Origin: Adineta vaga
Taxonomy: Eukaryota; Animalia; Rotifera
DNA length: 64,000 bases
Direction of reading: 5' to 3'
NCBI GenBank assembly: GCA_021613535.1
Contig: CP075493.1
Coordinates: 5,022,001 to 5,086,000 of the forward strand
In this document: positions 1 through 12,142 of the stretch, one piece after another
Position numbering within the stretch: position 1 is the first letter of the stretch
Layout of the letters: the number at the start of each line of letters is the position of its first letter
Made by a program: the position numbers and the translations under genes
Notes under the pieces: model-generated
Database searches by the model: none
Told to the model about the DNA's origin: nothing
The model's input: only the letters and a program-made list of their open reading frames with translations

Positions 1-1225
1 CTATTGAAAACTATTTATTTACTAATCCTTGATTGATTAAATATTCAGCAAAATAGACTAAAGTCAATGGGATCATGTATTTAAGTAATGGCTAAAAGAA
101 AGCAATTACTCGAGAAAATATCATGAACAAATAGCTACTTTAACTAATTGAAGTCGACTTGGCTTATTTCCTAGTACTTGAACATTACCTGATACTACTT
201 TATCATCTTCATCGTCAGCTAAAGATACATTAATAATTATCAAAATTTTTATGAATATTCGATTCCTCTTACTTGTATCACCTCTCGAATGGTCGATTAT
301 TTGTTGATATTGTTGTTGTTTCGATGCAGCAGTACTCGCTCCAATCATGATGTAACTATAAATAAATAACAACTGATATTGCTCATCATTCTCTTCCATT
401 TACCTAATAACTTGAAGAACTGGTATGAAAAGTAGAACGAGTATTGCCTTTTTTGGAGTTAGTCCAATAGGACCGGTGAGTGCTGCATAGGAAAGAGCAC
501 CAAGTAAACCAGCTGCACCTGTTCCACTTGACCATGCAGTGACTGTATGTTTTGAATAGAATGATGATAATTGTAAGATAGTTATTTCACCAAAACCGGA
601 ACTAATACTTGCACAAGCCACACCTTAGTTGTATAATTATTTCAAATGAGTTAGCATGTTTTTCAATTTTACTTACCGAATAAACTCAAAGCAACAATTT
701 TCGATGTACCAACAATAATCAACGAACCAGCAGCAAATAATACAATTAATGCAAAGCGAATACTTAAATAAATAAATAAATAAAACGAATGAAGATGAGT
801 TAAAACTTACTTATAGATGATCTTATGCATAAAAAATGGAGCGGAGACTTTAATTACTAATGCAGGTAAAATATCTGCAAGTAGAATAGCCTAAAGAATA
901 AATCAAATCACAGTTTCTTATAATTCCATTGTATACTTACTCCTGTAGATATTGAATTACAATCAAATTGATTTGTTGAATTATGTGGTACAGGTACAGT
1001 TGAATTTTCATGTTCTTCTTGTTTAAGTATGTCATGAGCAGCGCTTAACATAACTACATAACCAAAATTATTGCATAAACCAAGAAACCTATGATAGACA
1101 CGGATATAAACTTTCATCGGTGCTTTTTCTTTGGGAAATAAAACATACCAAAATCCAACAATTTCAATAATTCGTTTGATCTTTTCTTGTCGACGAAGTT
1201 CATTGCCTGCTGGATAAGTGTTCAT
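1..1225 (-). CDS. CLN3: Battenin/CLN3 lysosomal membrane protein, multi-exon, 3' end outside window
   Basis: Spliced exons give [37 protein letters not shown] and [44 protein letters not shown], which are characteristic of CLN3/Btn1; ATG at 1225. Confidence 0.93.
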
Positions 1226-1372
1226 GATCAAAAAAAAACAAACAAACAAAGGAAAGATAAAATGTTCTCTAAAGATGAAGATAGTATAAAAGAAATGTTT
1301 TTATTTCGCAAAGAAAACTAGCGAATAAAATCATTCGAAAAAAAAAGACATTCACGATATTATCATATGTAT

Positions 1373-2354
1373 CTATTTGAGTAATGACCATTTGATTTGC
1401 TCTTTTGCATGATTGAGTACCTAATGAAATAAGAAAAGTTAAATAATGAATAGAAAAAAAAGGAAAATTTAGATATGAGCAAGAACGTGAGCAAAATCAA
1501 AAGCTTTTTTTGTTCGTACACCCACGCATCTGTTCTATCTATCGATCAGAATTGAGTAAAATATTCAATCCCTGATAGAGCATCTGAGAGAAAGAAAAGA
1601 ATAAAAGTTCATTCTTATTTGTTTATAATTACTTGAGAAACAGTTTGTTCTCCTAATGGTATATCATCTTGACGAATTTGAACACGTTGTGTAATCATCA
1701 TTGGATCAGATTCAAGAATAATTCTAATCAAAAGATAAAACGATCTATGGTTTCTTTTCTTTCTTTCTCAAAAGAGTATAGATATATTTTACCCATCATC
1801 ACATATTTCATCGACGGTAAGTATAACTAAATCAAGATTATCATATAAATATCGTTTTTCAACATTCTTTCTTAACATTGCATTTAATGAATCAAATAAA
1901 CATGATAATACAGAATTTAACATTAACTAAATTAAATCATAGTATTCAACATTTTCCAGAAAGATCTTTAGAATGCCCTACTTCATTCTCATTCATACTG
2001 CCCATTACATAAAATAGTAAATCCACATTATTTCGGTAAACAATTGTCCAGTTGTCCAGAAGAATAACATCACCTGCTCCCTTATGAGTTTTATTAAATA
2101 AAGATTTTTCGAATTCTTTCTGTTCTTTTATTGTAGCAAGCGATTGATTATAATACTAAAATATAGAACAAGACTAAAAATGGCGACAGGATTTTTTCGT
2201 AGGTATAAATTTACTTTAGCAAACACTCGATTGCCATCATTATCCAAAATAATTATACTTTTAACAATATAAAGTGATGGTACCTAAAATAAATGAATAA
2301 TACGAAAGTTTAACGAGAGAATAAAAAACTTACAACGAGGTTGTCTAAAACCAT
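1373..2354 (-). CDS. COPZ1: Coatomer subunit zeta (not in ORF track)
   Basis: Manual splicing gives [30 protein letters not shown]...[12 protein letters not shown]...IILESDP...[12 protein letters not shown]|[15 protein letters not shown]. Confidence 0.95.
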
Positions 2355-2698
2355 TGTTTTTTTAATTTTGAGGAGGAGTAATACAAGATATGTTTATCTA
2401 GTTTATCTATTGAAAATGAAAAGAAAAACGAAAATGAAACAAATGATTCATGAATAGATTTCAGCCATTTGTAGGTAGTATTCATATTTCGAGTCTGATT
2501 AAAATACGAACACGAGCGACAACTATTGATATTCCATTTGACTTCATACAATGAATACTCTTCGAAAATTAGTTCGGTTCACCATATAGCATAGAATGAT
2601 TTTGCAAATGACTTTTTCAAATATGTCTTTGAGTAAGAAATTTTATTTTTAAGAAAAAAAGAAAATCAAGTTCTTGAAAGGAAAACGAATAGTTTTAT

Positions 2699-5191
2699 TT
2701 ATTTTCGAAACACATTTTTCATTCGTAGTTGATGTCTCTTCTTGGCATTTATTTTTGATTGATCAAACATATTCGAAAATTTTGTGAACGACGTATACAT
2801 AACTAACGCTTGTATAGGTATCATTGCAGCATAGACACCAGCAGTCATTATGGCTTCGGTTGTTTACATGCTTCTTCCTATATCATCATCATCATGACAA
2901 ATTCGTGAGATAATAAACAAAACAATTACGTGTCAATGGAAACTTACAAAATCTTTTGGATACATTACAGCAACTGTTGATGCAGTCGTTGCAGCTGATG
3001 TAGTTGGAGCTGCTGTCGTTGGTGCTAAAATATATCCATAGAATAATATGCAGAATAAACGCAACTATTGATCTCAGTTTCATAATCATATTTCTTACCA
3101 GCTGTAGTTGGAGCAGCAGTAGTTGCAGTCGTTGAAGTGGTCGTTGGAGGAATAGTTGTTGTGATCACGATGCCGGTTGTTGTCAACTAAATCAACAATA
3201 TTTGAAATTAGAGAGATAGATAGATATCGGACGAACTTACAAGAGTATTGATACTGGTTGTTGATGTTGGTTTTGTTGTGACTGTGACTGTTGTGAAAGG
3301 AGTAGTTGTCGTTGTTGTTGTTGACGATACTGCTGGATTCCAGATGTTAAATACCCAATAGGTTGGATCATTAATTGGAGCAGACTCAGGACCTACAATA
3401 TCAATCGAATTTCGATCTATGAGATACATAGATGGCTACATACCACAGAACTCCGTTCCACTTGCTACACCTATAATTAGAAGAACATTGGATCGATCGG
3501 ATGTATCATCTCCTATAAACATACCACTATCCATTGTGACATAATAGAAATGTCCAGGAATCCATGGTGCAGTTGGAAACCGAATAACAGTTGTAAAACC
3601 AGTGTAAGTTACTTCTGATTCCCAACCACAATCATATTTCTGAACAAGTGTGCCACCAAGAGTTGAATCCCAAAAGTAGATATAAGTTCCGTTACGTGTG
3701 GGACGATTCACTGATTTTGTTGCTGAAAGAAAGAATCAGTTGTAATTCTTTCATATATTTGATCATCAGTCACTTGATACAAGAAAACAAATCTTACTTT
3801 GAATAGAAAAGAGTGTATGATTTTGGAAGATAGTCCCAATGGGTGAAGCTGAACCTTGAACCATTGATGGTCGAATGACATCAGGTGATTCGAAGCCAAC
3901 CAAGAATGTTATACACCATTGATTCGATTGCAGATTGGTGTTGTCGACAGCACCTGCACAAAAACCTTGAGGACCATACTGACCAACTACGGGTACCCAA
4001 CTGAGAATAAGATGATAGATACCTATAAGTTTGTAATAATGCAAAACTAAATAGAGGAAATGTAGTGTACTGACCAGGGCTTGGATTGAGAATAGCACTT
4101 TTGGACATGCCAATTGGTGAACTTGAAACAAAATCAATGATACTTTTTCCTGGACAGTAAACTTGTACAATAACATATTCGGTAACATTTGAGCCGATGG
4201 GTGTACCAATACAAGCTAACAAACATGTGATGATGAAAGGAAAACATATAAAATATAGTTTCAACTTACCACGATTCGGTCGATTACCAATGATGGCAGG
4301 TGGAGTAGTGCAACCGGATGGTGCACCATAACCATAGAAGAGAAATTGAAGAGGAACAGAACTCATTGGTACTGTTGCTGCAGTGTTGTAATAATCTTCG
4401 ATCTGCAAAGCTACTGCAGCATACATTCCAGCTGTTGTCAATGTGAATACTATGGTACAGTTTGTTTGAATGAGAGCAGCACCAGGAACTCCTGAGCAGA
4501 CACCACCACATTCATCATAAGAATTAATATTACTTGTAGTTCCAATTGACCATCGACATAATAAGATGTCTGTGCCATCAAAATCAGACATTTGAACAAC
4601 ATGAACATGTTGGATATTGATTTCTTTATAAATAATAGGTAATGTAACAGCAACAGGACTGGAATTTAAATAACCATCAGGTCTGTAGAAAGTATTGATT
4701 CTATTAGTAACTGACCATCCTGAATTAGCACCAACATACAGAGTTGCAAACCAAGCTGATGAAGTGAAACTAATACTGAATGAAATATTGAGAGGTATGT
4801 TCACTGTTGTATAATATTCTCCAGAACTGACATCAAGAAGAGCACTGAAATCTGTACATACTGCTGCAGTCGTCAACGTTGTCCATGAACTACAGGTACC
4901 AGATACACAAGTACAACTACCACCTCCAACAGTATTTTGAGCTGCTATGTCTGCATTAGTGCACATCTGTGAGCTACGACGCCATGAGTATCGTTGACGC
5001 ACTTGGAGCGCAGCAGCACTACCCGATGGAGTATTATTCAGAGGACGCCTACAGATAAAGTGACTTTTTAAAATACAAGAGAAAAGAATAGGATTGACTG
5101 ACCATGTAATTGTACCGCCACGAAAATGAGAAGATTCAACTACAGAAATCCACAGTAATAAGAAAGTAACTATTAGTTTTGCAGTCGCCAT
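2699..5191 (-). CDS. Secreted/type-I membrane Cys-rich protein with N-terminal SHFRGGTITW motif, Thr-rich stalk and C-terminal TM; apparent 1-nt frameshift at ~2855
   Basis: Signal peptide MATAKLIVTFLLLWISVVES, then HFRGGTITW, NSSPVA, D.DGTDILLCRW and YAAVALQIED motifs, TTAAPTT repeats, and a hydrophobic segment plus basic tail in a shifted frame. Confidence 0.8.
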
Positions 5192-6242
5192 CAATTAACA
5201 ACCGAAAATGATACTTGCAATGAAGAGAACAATATTAAGATATTCTTGCATTAAACAACTGCTTTTATAGGAGCCTTTTTTGCATTGTCAAAAGAAAGAA
5301 ACAGTCCAAGAAAACAAGAACTCGTTTCTCAAAAATAAATATTATTTATACATATTGCAATGTATTTTCACGGGCAATTAAGTGAATGTGGATTAAAAGC
5401 AACATTTTTCGATTGTTTTAATGCAGCCAAATAAAGTAAAATATTTGAAAGTGTGCCCGGCATTGCTAGTACTTCAACTTAAAAGAAGAATGTGCTCCTA
5501 CTTTTCAAAGCGATTGTACTTTTACCTTTTCCTTTTAATAATATGGATAAAGTACGTTGTCAAGAAACTGTTTGTCAAAAAAATTTCTCTGTCAATTTGA
5601 CGGACAGATTGTTCCGAAAAACAAGAATGTATGTAAGAAAAACAATTTGTGAGTGTTTTTCATTTGCCTACCAGTTAAATTTGCTGAGTAGTTCTGTTGA
5701 GTAAGGACGCAAATGAAAAAAATTCCTGGTATATGAATGATTTTATTCCAATCTAGGTTACGAAAATCGCTTCTGCACATTTCATGTTGTGAGTAGTATC
5801 GTTGACAACAAAATTGCAAGTAATCTCATAAAATGTAGTCAATTCAGTTACAATGGACTCGGTATCATCGTTCTTTAATTAAACATGTTGAATTAAATGT
5901 GGAGCATTACTTCGAAAGTATAAGTTATTGTACTGAACGTAATGCAAAAATCTTTTCGAGAAGAAGTTTGTATTTTCAATACTGAATGTCAAATCGATTG
6001 AGAAATCACTACAAAATTGTAAGAAAATTGAAATACACTAATTGGCTACAATAAATAAGATATTGTCTTTAGAATCGGTAGGAACCTTATGAAACTTCCT
6101 ATATCCAACAGAGATAAATATACACGATGAAATATCGGCAATTATTTCATAGATAAACTATCACAACGCTATTTATTGAATTTTAAATTCTAAAGTTTAT
6201 TTTAAATCTTTAAATATGATCACAATCTTAAATAAAAATAAG

Positions 6243-8863
6243 TTATGCGGATAGTTTTAAATGTTCATCGATAAAAAGAACTGTATTAACGAAACAATCA
6301 CTAGCACTAGGTACTTCACTAAGTGCATGATTACTATCATAAACATATAATTTTGTTGGAATGTTTTTGGCTTTTAAACATTCATAATAACGAAGACCAA
6401 CACTATATGGTACACGTCGATCTTTTTTACCAAGTTGAAATAAAACTGGTGTTTTAACTTGATCTAACAAGCGAATCGATGATCTCTCAATGAGATATGT
6501 TACGAATGATGTATCAGAAAAACGATTTCGTCCTGTTTCAAAGTCAAAGTCACCATTTACCGTTTGTGCAAGTGCCCAATCAGGTATGTCCGATGTCATA
6601 TAAGTATGAAGAAGATCCATAACTGGATTTCGTAATACAGCTACTGCATATTCATTTGGATATTCACCAATAAGACGACCAATGATAACACCTGCATGTG
6701 ATCCACCAATAAGTATAACGGGTCGACTAGGTTCTGTATAATCCAAACAACGACGAATAGCTTCATGACAATCTTGAACATCCGTTTTTGATACATTGCC
6801 AAGTAATTTGTCAATTGATTCTAAAATAAAATGGGAACAAATATGATTTTTCTTGGCATGAAATATGCTTTTCTTACTTTGTCCAAAACCAATTGAACCT
6901 CGATAATTAACAATAAGAACATCATAACCTAAGGAAACATATGCGACGACACCAATATAGTAATCCACTAAAACAAATTTTTCATACATAGAATACTTGC
7001 AATTAGATAATCATTGCATTAACTTACAGGGAACGATCGAATTTGGTCCACCATGAACTAAAACCATTAAAGGTCGTTTTGCTTGTGCATCACCTATATG
7101 AACATAGATCGATTCAACAGGAATATTTTCACTATCAGGAAAGAATCGATCAAGACTCCATTCGATTCGATTTTTCTCCTCTTCTCTAAATTCATGTTGA
7201 GCAATTAATTGCCAACCATTCTTGTCTTTTTCTGTCTTATTCAATGTCTTTAAATCAAATATATATAATCGATACGGTGTACGACAATCGACTATATTAA
7301 CTGCAATATAATGACCAAATATAGCTAAACCATTGACAGATGTATTCACACCTAACGGTGAATCAATAGAAATCAATTTTTGTTCAGTAAAATCATAGAC
7401 ATATAAGACATTTCGTGAACCCGAAACTGAACGAATAAGAAGATAACGACCATCGGACGAATAACATCGAAGAACTAATGGTAAGTAGAGACCTTTAAAT
7501 TGTGTATCCCATTCTGCAGTAAATGGTGAAGCATTGATATTTGTATATTCAACACTAGAAAAAAAGAAACGAAAGATACGAAAGATCTTCTATTATTTCT
7601 TACTTATCAATTCGATCAATAAGAATCTTTTCTTGTTTTGTTTGTGTATTAAATAAAATTAATCGTTGACATTGTTTATGTGCTCGATTATTATCACTTT
7701 GAAGATAAACAAATTGATGATCGGTTTTTGGTAAATGTCGAGGAAATAGTCGACAAATTTGATCAAATTCTGTTAATTGTTTCCATTCATTTTGACGCCA
7801 ATTACAATGAAATAAAGTTGAAGAACGATTTTCACAATAAATTAAACCTAATCGATAAGGTTGAAGATGAAATGCAACAAAGATTAATTCATCCGAATTC
7901 GTTGTCCAAGTACATTGACCAAAATATAAATCTTTCGGTTGATTTTCAATCAATTTAACTTGTTTTGTATCCAAATCAAAGACACATACAACGGATGTTT
8001 CAAATGTTTCCATTTGTTCTCCCCAATTTTCACGATAAAGACTTGCTGGTTCACCAGCTTCATCTAATTTTTCAGCAGTAAAATATGATTTCAATGGTTT
8101 ACGTTTTTCTTCAGCTGTAAAAGCTAAACGACGAGAATCAGGACTCCATTCGAAAAAACTTCCATAATCATTTTTCGGTAAAATTTTTCCATGTGGAGAT
8201 ACCTTTGCATCATTAACTTCATAACCAAATACTAAATGTTCATCATGCCAAATTTGAACATATTGTAATTCTTGTTCACCTTTGGTTTCTTTAGTTACTA
8301 GAGCAAGATATTTTCCATCAGGTGAAGCAAGACGACGAACAATATTTTTGTTGATTGGTGTAACATTACTCGTAAATAATAAGTGTCGATTTTTCAATGA
8401 ATAAGTAAACGAACGAGTATAAGTAAGATCTTCTAATTTAACAAGATCCATTGTAGAAAAATATGGTGTTAAATGAAGAATATCATCGTTGGTATCTTGG
8501 CGACATGATTCAATGTCGGATAATGTTGGTTGACCAGCATAACGACGATATGTTTCAATAGCTGATGTTAAGATTTGATTAGTAGATGGTGTAGCAGTCA
8601 TTTTCAATCTGAAAAAGAAAATATCTATGTTCAATCGAGTACAGTAAAGAAATATTTATATGAGGTATTCGGACGAATCGCAATTGTTGATGGATTCGTA
8701 CTTATCGAGAAATGTGTGTGTAAAAAAATGTCTTTTGCTTGATTCATACGTTCACTAACCGATCATTTGTTGCATTCTTATAAGTTAAGAATCGTCTTAT
8801 GTTCTGTTTTAAATTCAAATGCTTCAGAAATAATCGTGGAAGCGAGAATAGCATTTGATTCAT
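6243..8863 (-). CDS. APEH: Acylamino-acid-releasing enzyme (peptidase S9C); second in-frame ATG at 8601
   Basis: HGGP, VNYRGSIGFG, nucleophile GGSHAG, DRRVP and NHAL triad motifs; N-terminal propeller with ENWGEQM and RLGLIYCENR. The upstream exon 8863-8760 is inferred from an in-frame GT/AG pair. Confidence 0.92.
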
Positions 8864-9196
8864 ATACTGTAAATTTATCTAAAAATAATTAGAATTTTGA
8901 TCCCTATTTGCTTTGTTAATAGTCTTATTAATCTTTTTCTAATAAAAATATTTCACTAACGATTGTTAAACTAGATATAATACTACGAATAACTGCCAAC
9001 GTTGAATTTGTATCATATATTCTGGTTTTCTTCAACGATTGCAATGCTTTCAATTCTATAAAGATCATATGCAAGATTCAATAGAAAATCATCTACAAAA
9101 CACATTCCTTTATTTTTATGTTATGACACAAAAATTTAATTTAAATAATATACACAAATATAAATAAACTATGAATTCAGGTGAAATAAGATTATT

Positions 9197-10610
9197 TTAT
9201 TCAATAAGACCATGATTAGCAAGTGAACGCGTTAGAAATGATGTCGTCGCGCCAAGTTTGAATCGTTTACTACTCAATGTTTGAACAGGTGCAACTAAAA
9301 CAAAGTAAAAAAATATGAAAATAGGTAAGTATTTTGAACATAAAAATACTATCGTACCATTTCGTTTTGCTTCTTGTTCATCGTATGAAAAAAGTCCAGT
9401 TGGTCTTCGTATTTCACGATTCACATTTAATACTTGTACTTGTCGTCGTTCGATTGGTTGTTCATCTTCCTCTTGCTCATCTTCTTCGTCTTCTCGTGTT
9501 CGTTTTAATGGACTAATCATAACCGTTCGTCGCGATGTCATCGTAGTATTATTATCATCAACAAGAGAAACTTGTCGTTTCATATTTGTACGTAAATCAA
9601 TTTGACTATCGACTGTAGTTGATAAATCAGGTTCCACTTTTTTTCTCATTATTGCAAATGGATTTACAAGTTTATTGGCGAGATTTGTTACTTTTTTACC
9701 GATGAATGATGTTTGTCGTTGAAATAATGACGTAGAAGAATCCAATCGTTTTAAGCGATCAGTATTCACAACTTTCTTTTGAATCGAGATTGTATCTATG
9801 TTGAAAAGAATACAAAAAATTGATTGATTATAAAACAATCATCGTGATAAGGATACCAGAAAGAGATTTGATAGTGCGCATCCCAGACATAGGTGTCGAT
9901 GGTGGTTTTTTCAATACACCTTGATATTCAAGTGGCGTTGATGAAACTGATGATGATAACGTAGATCGAACGTTACCATTGTTATCAACAGTAAGAATTT
10001 TTTCCTTTGATTCCATTAAATGACCAAAATTACGTTGACGTATATCATTCGTTGGTTCAGCAAATGGATAGGCAACTGAAGCTGGACCTAAAGGAAACTT
10101 TATTGCTTAATTATATCAATGAACATCACTTACGATCATTAAATGAGATTCGTGATAATAATGCTGGTGATAGATTACATGTTGATCTTGATAAAGCATT
10201 TGGATTTAATGGTGAAGCTTGTTCATCATCAAGCCAAGATTCAATAACACGATTAGCAACTATAAAATACAAAGAATGAAAGGAAAATGATTGATTTCTA
10301 ATTATAATCATTTGATTTACCAGCTGAACGTCGTTGCAATGCTGGTTGTTGATTAATCTATTGCAAAAAAAGTTCATTATTGAATAAAATATAAATGAAT
10401 TACTTGAGTACTTACAAGACGAGCTTGTTTCATCAAGCGAATACGATCAGCTTGATTAGTAATACCAAGTTTATTTAATTCATTTTCATTAACTGCTAAT
10501 AATTCATCAATGCTTGAAAAACGATCAGCTAAAGCCATACCATATTTTAGCACGGTACTATTGTTAACTGTAAGGTTCGAATCACGTACGAATTTGAGCC
10601 AAAACGACAT
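9197..10610 (-). CDS. N-terminal SAM-domain protein, C19orf47-like
   Basis: MSFWLKFV...YGMALAD...NENELNKLGI...DRIRLMKQAR is SAM-like; EYQGVLKK resembles the C19orf47 YAGVLK motif; the rest is low complexity. Confidence 0.65.
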
Positions 10611-10790
10611 GTCTAGATTAAGTAAATGAGAGGTTTTGTTATAAATACATATGAATAATGGTCTTTTTGCTACCTGATGTTAATCGATCCGTCATTTTTT
10701 CAAAATTTTTTTCAAAAAACAAGGAAAAATGGACAAAGGCAAATTATCATGATAAAGAAATTCACAGTAACTAATCAAAACTTGTTGAGG

Positions 10791-10828
10791 ATAGATGGCG
10801 CTGTGCGGCTGGCATAGTGTCCATCTAT
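10791..10828. promoter_or_regulatory. GC-rich imperfect palindrome in a divergent promoter, containing TAGATGGCGCT
   Basis: ATAGATGG-CGCTGTGC-ggctg-GCATAGTG-t-CCATCTAT forms a 16-bp stem with 2 G-T pairs and one bulge. Confidence 0.5.
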
Positions 10829-11151
10829 AGTCTACAAAAGAAAAACATGTAAACGACACATGGTCTTCTATGAACTGCATGATCCTTCGTCATGGCTTAC
10901 ATCTATTATTTCTATAGAAAGAATCGCACAAATGTTTCTTCTATCAATCAACAATGTTTATACAAAGTCATCTTATTGTATGATATATATATATTCTTTT
11001 ATCATAGAAATAACGTCAGGTATGTTTAATGATTCATTAAAATTTGTTATCTTTATGATACGAAAAAATACTGTGGGACAAGGCATTGTATATATAAAAG
11101 AAACAGCATTCTTCGTTGAGTTGTATCCGTATTTTGTTTTTGCTGCTATCA

Positions 11152-11801
11152 ATGAGTGCATCATATCCTGCTCCACCTTCATATGAAGAAATTGACGGTA
11201 CTTCGACAAGCAAAATTTCGAGTGCAAATTGGTACGTAAGAATATCTTTGGCATAGAAAAAAAATCGAATATTTCTAACTTTGTTCTAGGCAGGCATGGT
11301 ATAGAAAGTTAATATCAGTAGAATTTAAGCAAGATGAAGCGACTGATTATGCGAAATTATTTTCGGCAAATGAGGTGGAAGTTAACATGATTCCTGAACT
11401 TAATGATGGTATTCTTAAATCAATAGGAATCGAAAAAGCTGGACAGTAAATATCAATGTAAATGAGTTGAAAGAGATGATTAATTTTTTGTTGTAGTCGA
11501 ATTCGAATTTTACGTTTAAAATACAAAACATCAACATCTACTTCTTCATCATCACCACGTGCATCAACGGTTGCGACAGCCCCTGTAAATGTAAGAAAGT
11601 TGATTTTTATTTTTGTATTTGATCGATTAAATGAAATATTTCAAGATTCCACGATGTGCTTGGCATCCTCAAGTGGCAGCGATTGAAAAATGTCGTAAAT
11701 GTAATCGAATGGTATGCTTATCTTGTCGACGAGAAAAATCAGGTGATGGGGGTACACGTTATTATTGTGACAATTGTTTCAATGATTGTATAATTCTCTA
11801 A
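11152..11801 (+). CDS. 161-aa PPxY-SAM-B-box-like zinc finger-CaaX protein, 4 exons (not in ORF track)
   Basis: Exons 11152-11231, 11290-11445, 11497-11590 and 11646-11801 join in frame with GT-AG introns; contains PPSY, a SAM domain, CAWHP-CRKC-CLSC-CDNC and ends CIIL*. Confidence 0.88.
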
Positions 11802-12142
11802 ACTATATGCATACTTATTTTTCGATATTTACTACTGTTCATAAAGATTTCGTCATTTTTCTTTTTTTTTGCGAGGCAATACTACTATAATTACTCACTG
11901 AAATGATTTTCTAATTATAATGCACGTTTTCAACCGAAGCCGACAGGGCTCGATCGCAATATGTTCTCTGTTGTTAAGGTAGAGATGTAATATCACGAAA
12001 ATCTTTTGTCATATAACTATATTCATCGAAAGAATCGTATTTAATAAATATCTTGTTTTCTTCTTTTTATTCTGTTCGTTAACATCGACATAACGAAAAA
12101 AAAACAACGAATTTTTGTATCACAAACGTTGTCGTTTATCAT

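Noticed and set aside
10973-11254. Track ORFs 10973-11254(-), 10860-11186(+) and other antisense/shadow ORFs such as 7680, 9315, 27923 and 61346
   Set aside because: They overlap better-supported genes in another frame or strand and have no recognisable motifs.
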